DNA of 63,826 nt from Paraspadella gotoi (Eukaryota; Animalia; Chaetognatha): positions 9,804,538 to 9,868,363 of the forward strand of contig CM119266.1 in the NCBI GenBank assembly GCA_051294375.1, written 5' to 3'. The first letter of the stretch is position 1, and every line of letters starts with the position of its first letter. The notes under the pieces are model-generated. The model did no database searches and was not told the DNA's origin. It saw nothing but the letters and a program-made list of their open reading frames with translations. Below, piece after piece: positions 1-11,338 of the stretch. Position numbers and translations under genes: made by a program.

Positions 1-851
1 AAGTATATTTCCTCAGATTCCTCTGAGATTTAAGCTTATCATCTCGGAAACGACCCATGGCTGACCGACCGTGGGCGGACGAAAGCGGGAAGAGAAAATG
101 GGGGGGAGAGGAATGTAAGGTGGGTTCTGGAAGAGAGAGGCCGAGGGTGTGGAAGGGGCCACGGGGCCTCGTTCACCCTCCTTGCGCCATTTCGGTCGAG
201 TTCCCGACCCCGAAAATGGCCGGTGATTCTTTGCGGAAGCCGAGGCGTGGGTGTCGAGAGGAAGCGATATAGTTCGGGGCGAGGGCCAAGCCGCTCGGGC
301 ACGGGGGTCGAACGACCCGTCGAGGCTCCGGCCGAATAAAAGCCGCGATGGGTCCTGCCTTCGCGCCCAACGACGCCGCCGGAAAAAAAAAGAAAAGTGG
401 CGCGCTAACGGCGAGAGGGCGCGACCTCCGAAATCGAGGCTCCTTGACCGGACCGGTGGCGCTGACCGGTTGGACTTTTTTCGGCCACGCCTCACTTTTT
501 TTTGGCGTTTAGCGTCATCATTCGACGGACTAGAATACGGTTTAGATGAGGAAAAGGGATTTTTAATTTTAGTATTTTTCATCTTGAGCCTACTACAAAA
601 ATACATCCTGAAATATTTTATTTCATGGCAAAGCTTTCATTTGTTGCAATAATGGTGAGCCGACTACCTGATAAACAATATTTTTATACAACTGAGAAAG
701 CGGTAAATTGACCGTACATTTTAATATCTTTAAAATATAAATAAATAATCAGCCCATTCCACTTGCCACTCTGTACCTTTCTCAATTCTCAGCCCTTTTT
801 CCGTCTGCTCCTCCCTAAAAATTGGGCGAAGTTTGTTTTAAGAGGAAAATT

Positions 852-889
852 CGATTTCTCAGAAATGAAACCCGATTTCTCAGAAATGA
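852..889. promoter_or_regulatory. Tandem pair of palindromic STAT/GAS-like sites (TTCTCAGAA)
   Basis: cgatttctcagaaatga occurs at 852-868 and 873-889. TTCN3GAA cores at 856-864 and 877-885, upstream of the protease candidate. Confidence 0.45.
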
Positions 890-1135
890 GTTTTTCGTCG
901 CCTTCGTTTTTTTTTTCACGTCCACATCAAAATCCCATTCGACGGCGAAGGCTTCATCATATACAGGGGGAACCCATTTTCTCTCCCTCGCCCCATTTTC
1001 GGTCCCGAGGGTGACGCATTATGCTTCCTCCGCTTTCCCCTCCCGGGTACAGCGAGCTGGGAGTTGGGTTCTCGACCACCCTCTTATTTTTTTTTTCTGG
1101 TGAGGGGGTCCAGGTTCGTACGAAAAACCCAACCA

Positions 1136-1850
1136 AATGGCCTCGTTGAAAACGCGAAATGTCAGAAATCTCGGAAGAATATCAAGAATTCCATTTCTAG
1201 GAAAAGACGTTGAAACCTTTTAATTTACATTTTTGGCCTGACTTGCCTTATTTCAGAAATTCACAAATCTTTTTTGCTTATTTTCAAAACTCACTTTCGT
1301 CTCACACTGCCTTTCTCCCTGAATTGTTCACTTCTCAAATCCCTACTCCTCCCCCTCCTCCTCCTCCTCCTCTTCCTCCTCTCAAAAGGTCATAAACTCC
1401 AGCGACGTCGATGTTATGACGAGGATATTGTTTTGCGCAAATAGGAGGTAAACATTGGCTTCCAATTTTCTCCCAGAAATTAAGCTTGAATTTTCTGATT
1501 TCCGCGCGGGGGCGTCTCTCCCATCAGGCGTCGACGGCCGGGCGTCACGCCTTGGCCCACGGGGAGATTCGAAGTCTCTAAACGGACGGAAAAATTTGGA
1601 CAATTTTTTTCTATCTGTAGAAAGAGACTGGCTATCGGCTTAGTCTAAATAATGTGACGTTTATTAAATTAATTCATTTATTAAACTTATTTTTTCAAAT
1701 TATTTTATTTTGCGCACGGACTAATGTTTAAATATCCAAACTTTTTAAATCCGAGTTAATATCTTTGACGCAAGTCATCATCTTGTATGTCGTATAGTAC
1801 ATATATATTTTAAATAAAAAACAAAAGAATTAATAAGAAATACTTAACGG
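1136..1850 (+). CDS. Putative adenain-like (C5) cysteine maturation protease, multi-exon and frameshifted
   Basis: VINSS (1389-)...GGKHWLPIF (~1445-1471)...KLEFSDF, and later KSSSCMSYSTYIF (~1772-1810), follow the Polinton protease order VNTD..G.HW....EYFDS.G...S..CG.YC..F. It lies upstream of the MCP candidate on the same strand. Confidence 0.45.
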
Positions 1851-2142
1851 TCGTTGTAAGCAAAAAATGGAGTTAAAATTTTTTTTTTTTCTGTTCATTG
1901 GTCATTGGTCAATGTCCAGAGGCCAGCAACTGAACATTGCATTAACTTAATAGTATTTGGGAAATACATTAGCCAAATACACGAGGCCGAAAGCAGCACT
2001 CCTCTACCATTTGGACGATGACTATTTTCCTCGCCCGCTTTCATAAGAACAAACTTCTTTACAACCATTCGGTCGTAAAAACGAACCGAGAGAGAGAGAA
2101 GAGAGTAGAGAGAGAGAGAGAGACGAGGATGAAGAGGAGAGA

Positions 2143-2200
<58 letters not shown>

Positions 2201-2285
2201 AGAAGAAAGAAAGAGAGAATTGAATTCACTTTAAGGATACGAACTCTCAATATTAATACACACACACACACTCTCCTCTCTTCTC

Positions 2286-2354
<69 letters not shown>

Positions 2355-2575
2355 CTTATGGACGGGTCGTGGGCGCGGAGCCTATCATTACCATATAGAA
2401 TATTAACCCAAACGCATTACGATCCCTTCTTCGACTCAAGTCTGGCTTCCCCTCCCTCTCCTCTCCTCTCCTCTCCTTCCCCTCTCCTTCTCTCTCTTTT
2501 CTTCTCCAACGCTCCGTTTGAAGGTGAAATGGAGATTTATGAAAGGACTAAGACACTGTTGGGACTCCCTTTTAT

Positions 2576-2607
<32 letters not shown>

Positions 2608-2890
2608 TCTCTCTCTCTCTTCTGCTCTCGTCTCTCTGTTATCTTTTTTTTTTTCTTCTCTTTTCTCAACTATCTTACCATTCCTCTCTTTTTTTTTCTC
2701 TCTTTGTCTCTCGGCGAGTTTTTATCTGTCCCGCGCATACGTCGAGTCTTTCGTCTCAGGGTCAACCGTTCGTCGTTGTTGTTGTCGTCTTGTTGTCTTC
2801 ATCTGTGCGTCATCGTCGTCGGCTTTAACTTATTTTTTTGGATCGTTTTTATCGTCGCGGTTGACGTGTAACAAGTGTAACACTGTACAG

Positions 2891-5720
2891 TCCTTCTCTT
2901 GTCGACACTGGAGATGAACAATCTACTTGCCTCCGCAGTAAGAGAGACACCAAAACTGATTCCAATCGACATCAAATCAGCCCTCATGTTTTCAACGTCT
3001 GAGGAACCACTTACTTTTGAATTAGACAAAAATCCAGAATTATTTCCATGGCGAATATAAAAATGAATTTAAGTAAAAGTGTTTTATATTCGCCCTAGTC
3101 TAGGTTAGAAATAATAACCTCTGAAAAATAGGTCTTTTTTCAATCTAATTTAAAAAAGTTTGTTTCAAATATTTTCCGGTTTTGTTTTTCGCGACTACGA
3201 TTTAATTTTTTTTTACTTTTACATCCCTAATGGAAATATCATTGACCCTCATGACGCAAGTGTTGTGAACGGGCCGTTTCAAAACTTTAGTCCGTTTACA
3301 AATCACATTCTTTAAAGAAATCCGATATGCATAATTATAACAAAGCACAGAGACACGCAACTCAAGAATAATAAAAATTACAAAATGACGGCGTCCCTTA
3401 CATCCGGAATAGAATAAAAAAAATATAATATAAGAAAGAAATGTTCTACAATATCGATGTAACGCAATGGTCACACATTGAATTCTATCCTCAGATTCGA
3501 CCTCTCGGATTCGTGATCCACAAATTGCTCACCTTTTGCGTCGCCGACTCATGCAATCGTTCCGTCATCAATGCGAATGTCCTCTGTCCGTCGGAGGCAC
3601 GGCGGAGAGCCGGCCAGAAGATGAAAACTCCTGTCCACACAAGTCCATCTTCATTCAAGAGGCTGCCCTCCAAAGCGCCGCGCCGGGTACTGCATCGTCC
3701 CTTGTCTACCATTGGCCACACATAAGAAACCAGGTCAGAAACCGTCGGCTGGGCTGCGCTGTCGGCCTCAACGCTCTGTCCACGTTATCTTTTGTCATCG
3801 CTCCGATTCCAACTATCACGCTTCTCCGTTACACATCTGGCGTCCCGCCCAAATGTAACTCACATCCTGAATGCCATCATCACCAACCCCACATGCGACG
3901 ACAATATTACCACATTGCCCACACTTACACTACCAAACTACAGCAAACAGGCAGAATGACGCAGACGAAAGACCCCACGCGGATCGAGACCAAGTGCGAA
4001 GAACTCCCCCGACCTCAAGAAGCAATATTAACTATAATCCAAGCTACCACAGAGATCGCACCACATCAACACTATATACTCATAAACAACACACACCCTA
4101 CGACACACAAACAGACATCTCAGAACAAAAGACCAGACAACACAACAAACAACAACTGCTACATTACATCACTCAAAAAAAACCCGATACCGACCTCGAT
4201 CGTTTGGAATCGTCCTCAGAACGGTCTTATTGACTCAATCAAAACAACCAAAATAGACGACGAGAGCGGAACAAACGGCCGATTGTTCTCACTGAGTCGC
4301 CGGAAAAAGGTTTCCACCGTGCAAAATTGGCGCATGATCACGCTGACGATTGTGGAAATCCGCCGACAATCTCTCAGAGATCGGTCAAAACCGAAAAACT
4401 GCTGATTTCGCGCGAATCCCTTGGATTTAATTCTCTTTCCGATGTGATTCTTCGACGAGTTTGTGAGAAGAGACAAGAAAAAATATTGCTTGGCCGTGAG
4501 ACTTCTCTTCGGAAAAATCGGCGTTCTGTTGCGGCGTACATGACCTTTTCATCGTCCCGAAATCTTAATTCGTCGAGAGGATGCATCCGCAAAATCGTGG
4601 AGACTTTTCCGGCGGATGATGTCCGATGTAAATCCTTTTTCGTTCCAATTGTCCGTCTTTTTACGAGCAACTCTTTTATTTATCTCTTATCAACTGGAAA
4701 AGACCTGCCAGCCGCCTGCATCTCCGGTCTGTCGGAGACCAGCGGCAAAATCCCTTGCATCGAAGTCATTTCTGACTTCCCCATGATCCTCTTTGCTCCG
4801 AGGTCCCACATGCAGGAGTCCGGATAGTCCGAACACGAGATAGAAACTTCTTCCTTATTCTTTATTTTCTCAATAATTAGAACAACAACCAAGGAACGCG
4901 ATAGCATGACGCCACTCCAAACGACGACGACGACCGACGACGAAACAAATAACTCGATGCGACGATAAGTGCACTCGAGTGAACCGACTGGACGGTACGA
5001 CAATATGACGAGGACGACGCAATGACGACCAACGACGACGACGATGCAACGTCGTCGACCCGTCAACGAAAAAATCGAAGTAAGTCACCAGAGGACAGAT
5101 GCAGGTCAAGAGACTCTCCCGAACGAAATTCTGCCGTCCGAGAATAAGAACATTTGCATTTTCATATCTTGTCTTTCCGTCATGATCTCTCATCCTCTCT
5201 CCTCCATATCTCTCTTCCTCAATCTCTTCTCATCTCATCTCATCTCCTCTCCTCTCTCTCTGCTCTCTCCTCTACCTTCTCTCCTCTGCATCTGCCCGAA
5301 CCTTCACACAATAGACAGCATTTTATTTTATTTTCTCTAAAGACATGAGAATCCAAACAAACTTCCTTTTCTCGTTACCAGCCAGAATCCCTTGGCATTA
5401 AAAAGTGTAGAGAAAGTGAAATAAAGGAAAAATAAAAAAAAAAAGGACGCCAGAAGCCAGAGGTAATTCTTTTCCCCCTTAATTTTCCCTATTTCCATCT
5501 TCTTATCGCGCCTCTTCTCTCTCTCCTTTTTCTCTCTCTCTCTCCTCTCATCTGCCTTCATCTCTCTACTCTCTCCTCTCACTCTTCTTCTCTCTCTTCT
5601 CATCTCGTCTCTCTCTCTCTCTCCCTTCAGCTCCGGGTGCACTGAGATTCCTATTTTTAGGCAATTCCATCTTCAACTTTCGTGCGAATGGATTTTTTTT
5701 CTCTTACGTCCTCTGAGAAG
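2891..5720 (+). CDS. Putative Polinton-type double-jelly-roll major capsid protein (PY/MCP-like), multi-exon and frameshifted
   Basis: Ordered fragments resemble the Polinton MCP pattern as I recall it: EEPLTFELDKNPELF (3001-3045, cf. PIEF.I....Y.DL); PNGNIIDPHDASVVNGPF.KTLVR.QITF (~3226-3310, cf. DG..L..PVNN.LHSLF.QV); FYPQIRPLGFVIHKLLTF (cf. YPY.AY...LL.Y); TFPADDVRCKSFFVP (4603-4647, cf. YP..RV.VK.F.IP); GKDLPAACISGL (4696-, cf. G.LP.R..IG.V). Splice signals at 5463 (gtaatt) and 5630 (ttcag). Similarity is remote and judged by eye. Confidence 0.55.
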
Positions 5721-5841
5721 CGGAAAGGGAAAATGGCACAGCACGCAGAGCAGAGAGAGAGATCGAGAGAGAGACGAGAAGAGAGCGGAGGTGAAGAGAG
5801 AAGTATGTAGAGAGAGAGAGAAAACGAGTACAAGAGAGATG

Positions 5842-5872
<31 letters not shown>

Positions 5873-5875
5873 GAA

Positions 5876-6601
5876 CGAATATAGGACCGTGGAGAGAAAT
5901 ACGAAACCATTAAAGTAATATCAATAAATTCACCCAAATCAGACTTAAATTGACCATGAGAGTACTATGCTTAAGAAAAATGCACTTCGTAGAGTTTAAA
6001 TATGATAGAATTTTCGTAACTTACCTTTTGGTTCCAAACAAATTTTAATCATTAAACCAAATATTATTAAAAACATAATAATCTTTGATTCTTACGGAGA
6101 TGATTTATCGGGTGAATTTAATCGAACGCACATCACCGAAGAAGAGACGAACGAAACATCAATCACGACACGGTCTTGGATGGGACAAGAATCGAACTCA
6201 CGAACAAAGAAGCAAAAAGAGAAAACCAAATCCACAAAGCCTATAAAACTCAGGATAGACTGCTGCCATCTGGCGTGTCGCTTATTTTTTCTCTCTTCCG
6301 ATGCAAAACAACAGAATTCCAATAAAAGAGCCTAACTTGAGCCGAGTATTATCTGCCCTTCTATCGTTGTCGCTCTCCCCGGCACGTGAAGACATTAGAT
6401 GACGGAGAACTCTCCGCCGTGTCTTTCTCTTCTCTTCTCTCTTTGCTCTCTCGTCTCTCTCTGCTCTACTCTCTCTCTCTCTCTCGTCTCTCTCTCTCTC
6501 TCTCTCTCCTCTCTCTCTCATCTCTCTCTCTCTCTTCACTCTCCCGTCTGTTTGGGCGTCTTTCATTATACATTCTTCCGAGCGTTCCTTGCGCGTTCCA
6601 T
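5876..6601 (-). CDS. Small multi-exon gene, possibly a penton/minor capsid (PX)-like protein
   Basis: ATG at 6601 (gagaagATG). Intron ~6025-6094 (gtaaga..aaag). Fragments SILSFIGF, VVIDVSFVSSSV and LYEVHF..STLMVNL.SDLGEFIDI loosely match the PX pattern L..LGF / VY.D.V / Y.P...I.I.I.D..G..I.F. The match is weak. Confidence 0.3.
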
Positions 6602-6619
6602 CTTCTCACCGCCGCCCCC

Positions 6620-6690
6620 CCTCTATATCTCCCGAAAACCCCGTAAGAAGTCGCGTGCGTTCGTTTCTGACGATTGCGCATGCGCAGCGT
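6620..6690 (-). promoter_or_regulatory. Promoter-like region with an NRF1/Ewg palindrome and a TATA-like element
   Basis: TGCGCATGCGCA at 6675-6686 and a TATA-like element at ~6623-6629, just upstream of the minus-strand ATG at 6601. Confidence 0.4.
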
Positions 6691-6891
6691 GGCCGCCCGT
6701 TAAAAAAAACCCTCCAGAAACGCCGCGGCGAATGCGGCCGTCTGCAAAGGGAAAGAAGAAAACGCGACCGGGAATAGTCGCGACGAGTGAACGCGTACAC
6801 GGATAGTTTTGTTACGTGAGAGGAAAACAAGAAGCGGAGACGAGTGGGCGTGGCGCGAAGGTAGCGAGGTGCGGGAATGGGTACGGGGGGG

Positions 6892-7116
6892 CACTCTGAA
6901 GCCATAGTAAAAGGTGGACCCAGCAGAAAATTCACCTACAGCCTCGCTACCCACCTGTACACCACTACACTCTGCAAGCCATAGTAAGGTGGACTAGCAG
7001 AAAATTTCATCACCAGCCTCGCTACCCACCTGGTTAACCACTACACTCTGAGCCATAGTAAGTGTGGACAGTACAGAAAAATTTCATACAGCCTCGCTAC
7101 CCACCTTTAACCACTA
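6892..7116 (+). repeat. Tandem array of three ~75-bp units
   Basis: The unit cactctg..agccatagtaa..gtggac..cagaaaa..cagcctcgctacccacct..accacta starts at ~6892, ~6968 and ~7044. Confidence 0.9.
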
Positions 7117-7712
7117 TAGTGGGGGAGGGTGTAAGGAGATCTGAGAAGGAAGGAAGGTGAGATGAAAGGAAAGAAAAGGGGGCGTTGGTAAGGTAAGGTA
7201 AGTAAAGGGATGAATGAATAAAAGAGGATTAGTTGAAGATGGAAAAAGGTTTGAACGTGGGTAACAGGATGAAAAGAAAAGGTAAGTAAAAAAAAAGGAA
7301 AAAAAAGAAAAGAAAGGAAAAAAAAGAAAAGAAAAATTATTCGGAAAGCGAAGCGAAACTTTCGAAGAGTGCATTCGGAAACTAATAGATTATTAAATGT
7401 GTCGATATACTGTAAATGTAATCATTACAAGTGAATTAAACAACGATATATAACAATCTCAAATCCGAAATCTCCAGATTCTCTCTCTCTCTTTTTCTTA
7501 ATTATCCAGCGTTTCGAGATCCCACGAGTGGGCGTGCCTTCGCTTCTCCGTTCGGCCGTCGGGTGGCGCTCCGACCGCGACGGCCAGTGACAAATGGGAA
7601 TCTCTTAAATGCCAAACGTTTAATGCCCAAATGCTTCTCTTCCTTTTATCCTCTTTTTTTTTTTTTTCCCTTTTTTTTTTTCTCCTAGGGTTCCCTGTCA
7701 GTTTCGTTCTTG

Positions 7713-7749
<37 letters not shown>

Positions 7750-10700
7750 TCTCTCTCTCTCTCTCTCTCCCTTCTCTCTCTTCTCTCTCTCTTCTCCTTC
7801 TCTCTCTCTCTTTTTTAAAGTAATTTCATCCCTTACCTATCTTGTATCTCCCATTTCCTTTTCTTTCTTCTTTAAATCCCTCCTTAATTTATTTAAACTT
7901 TTTCCTTTTCTTTCTCTTACGTCTCGTCATTTGCTTAAAAGTCTTTCTCCCATCCGGCGAACGACCGCCGCTCAGGTATGAAGGACGCTTTCAAGGGGGG
8001 AGGGAGGAAAGGGAAGAAAGAGAGGAAAGGGAAAAGGAGGAAAAGAGGAGAAGGAGTAGGAGAGGAAAGGAGAAAGAAAAGGAGGAAAAGGAGGAAAAGG
8101 AGGAAATGGAGGAAAGGGTGGGGAGGTAGAAATGAATGTGGAAGACGATGGAGGAATGATGAGAATGAAATGAAAAGGAAAACTACGTGAAAGATGACAA
8201 GAGGGGGGAAAAAGAAAGATGGAGGAGAAGAAGGGAGAGGGGCAGAAAAGAGAGAGGGGGAGGAAGGAAGGAGAGAGAGGGAAGGTAAAAAAGGAAGAGG
8301 AATTTATGGAGAGGAAAAGGACGAAGTAAGAGAAAAAAAAGGAAAATTAAAGGGAACATAAAGAGAGAAAAGGAATAAACTAAAAAAAAAACTTAAACAA
8401 GTAAATTAACAAAAAAGACAGAAAAAAGTAATTCTTTTCTAATCTAAGAATAACATAAAAATTTTTTTTCTAGTATTTTTTTAACTATCTATCTTTAACA
8501 CTATATTTTAAAAAATATATTAAAAATCTTCGAAACAAAATTTTTTTTTTTCGTTAAAGTTTCGCAGAAGGACGACCTCCACCAGGTACAATGTCTTGCA
8601 AAGTCTTGCATTGCCTATTGGGCGTTTAAGTGAGCGTGTTTACGAGGCCCACTGGCCAGGCCTTTCCTTGCCCGCGAAACAGCGCCCACTCATAAGAGAG
8701 AGGAAAAGCACCATATATGCACCATGAGAAAATCCGTGGCGCGAAGTAAATGAGAAGTGAAAAGAGAGGGGAGAGAGAGAGANNNNNNNNNNNNNNNNNN
8801 NNNNNNNNNNNNNNNNNNNNNNNNNNNNNNNNNNNNNNNNNNNNNNNNNNNNNNNNNNNNNNNNNNNNNNNNNNNNNNNNNNNNNNNNNNNNNNNNNNNN
8901 NNNNNNNNNNNNNNNNNNNNNNNNNNNNNNNNNNNNNNNNNNNNNNNNNNNNNNNNNGAGAGAGAGCGAGAGACTCTTAACTAGGAGTAATAAAAATTCA
9001 ATGAGACGATGAATTTTTTTTTGTCTTCCAGATCCTTGAAAATCGGTTCCGGTTCCAAGGATCGCCGAGAGTCGGGCGACGACGACGACGACGACGACGA
9101 CGNNNNNNNNNNNNNNNNNNNNNNNNNNNNNNNNNNNNNNNNNNNNNNNNNNNNNNNNNNNNNNNNNNNNNNNNNNNNNNNNNNNNNNNNNNNNNNNNNN
9201 NNNNNNNNNNNNNNNNNNNNNNNNNNNNNNNNNNNNNNNNNNNNNNNNNNNNNNNNNNNNNNNNNNNNNNNNNNNNNNNNNNNNNNNNNNNNNNNNNNNN
9301 NNNNNNNNNNNNNNNNNNNNNNNNNNNNNNNNNNNNNNNNNNNNNNNNNNNNNNNNNNNNNNNNAAGAGACGATAACGACGACGAAAAAGATAACAAAAG
9401 ATAACAAAACTCACTAATAGTAATAACTATGGAAACTGAACGAAAAAAATGACAAAAATACGAGGAAATGGAGAACCATTCCACCATTTCANNNNNNNNN
9501 NNNNNNNNNNNNNNNNNNNNNNNNNNNNNNNNNNNNNNNNNNNNNNNNNNNNNNNNNNNNNNNNNNNNNNNNNNNNNNNNNNNNNNNNNNNNNNNNNNNN
9601 NNNNNNNNNNNNNNNNNNNNNNNNNNNNNNNNNNNNNNNNNNNNNNNNNNNNNNNNNNNNNNNNNNNNNNNNNNNNNNCTACTTAAATCTTCAGAGTTTT
9701 GGTTCTTTCGCAAAAACTAAAGCAAATAGATTCAATAACAACAACAACGACAACGAATCACGAAAGACGCAACTGAATTCACAGTTGATGACTGAAAACG
9801 GATGAGACAGTTACGCGTGACACCAGTCACGTGACCGATAAAATCTTCGTTATTTTGGCGAACTCAATTTGAAGGCCATTATTTAAGTTTAAAAAACAGA
9901 CATTAAACTGAACAGTTATATAATATGATGTTTAAATGTTTTGAAAAATGGTTTGTACGAGACGTCGCCTTTTCCATCTTTGGCCGTGGGTTCGCCAAAC
10001 CGGGATCAGATTGTGCGAATTTGATGTCATCTGGATAATTGAAATAATTCCTGAAAGAAATTCATTAAATTGTAAAATTTTAGATTATGACAATATGTAA
10101 TAAATGGATAAATGCCATACACAGAACGGACCTATGGCAAAGTTGTAAAATTCGAAACAGTTTCAGTCACAATTACGTATTCCCCCCCCAACTCCGCCCC
10201 CCTTTCGTTCCCCTCAGGAATCGATTCTAAACCTTTTTTTTTATTTCAATTTTTACCTCCTTTGTTTTAACTTTCTATTTTTACAACGAAAGTTAACAGG
10301 AGAATAACTTTCCTTCCCATTTACATAACATCGCTGGTCTCGTTCGGNNNNNNNNNNNNNNNNNNNNNNNNNNNNNNNNNNNNNNNNNNNNNNNNNNNNN
10401 NNNNNNNNNNNNNNNNNNNNNNNNNNNNNNNNNNNNNNNNNNNNNNNNNNNNNNNNNNNNNNNNNNNNNNNNNNNNNNNNNNNNNNNNNNNNNNNNNNNN
10501 NNNNNNNNNNNNNNNNNNNNNNNNNNNNNNNNNNNNNNNNNNNNNNNNNNNNNNNNNNNNNNNNNNNNNNNNNNNNNNNNNNNNNNNNNNNNNNNNNNNN
10601 NNNNNNNNNNNNNNAAAAAAAAAGGAAAGAAAAATCTCCGGTTTTCCTTTTTTCCCTTCGATGCGTTTTTCTTTCCCTGCGTTGCGTCGAATCCACAGAA

Positions 10701-10762
10701 CAATTTTTTTCAACCTTCGCTGCCTCCGGCTCTGCCTCCCGCTTAGAGCCTGTTTTTCAAGG

Positions 10763-10799
<37 letters not shown>

Positions 10800-11170
10800 N
10801 NNNNNNNNNNNNNNNNNNNNNNNNNNNNNNNNNNNNNNNNNNNNNNNNNNNNNNNNNNNNNGGGTTATTATCATAATATCACAATTATAGGCTTACCTGT
10901 TTCCATGAATGAGAAAAGTCTTGGTCATTCTCGTTTTTTTTTTCTTCATCTTTGCTGTCGCCGTTCGCCTCGCAATAATCATTATCTTTTTTCATAGTAA
11001 ATTTTATATATTTTCTTTTCTTTTGAGTTTTGAATTCGGTAGAGTTGTCGTTGTTGTTGCTTTCGTCGTCAATGTTATCGTCGCCATCGTCGTCATCGTC
11101 TTAATCATTTTCGTCACATTATTAAATCCTTTCAACGTCGGTGACATTTTCCTGTTATATATATATTATA

Positions 11171-11338
11171 TTATGAAATTGGTACAACCAATATAAAAAT
11201 TATCCATTCATTTAATAAATAAGCTATCTTATAATAATATAATATAATATAATACTTATTGTACTCCGCACTAGAATCAAAATACAAGGAGCTGAATTTT
11301 ATGAAATTGGTACAACCAATATAAAAATTATCCATTAT
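11171..11338 (+). repeat. Direct repeat of a ~38-bp motif whose core recurs at 60159 (+) and 62627-62642 (-)
   Basis: ttatgaaattggtacaaccaatataaaaattatccatt starts at 11171 and at 11299. Confidence 0.8.

Noticed and set aside
13-606. Arg-rich ORF as a viral core/DNA-condensing protein
   Set aside because: GC-rich sequence open in several frames with no diagnostic motif, so it cannot be supported.
2799-3029. BIR/IAP-like reading (VQCYTC) on the minus strand
   Set aside because: It lacks the downstream W, H and C residues. The plus strand fits the MCP pattern better.
5956-6048. Plus-strand peptide as the MCP C-terminus
   Set aside because: It overlaps a better supported minus-strand exon. 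The exon from 5631 is a more plausible end.
6892-7116. CRISPR-like array
   Set aside because: The units repeat over their whole length with no unique spacers, the context is eukaryotic, and there are no cas genes.
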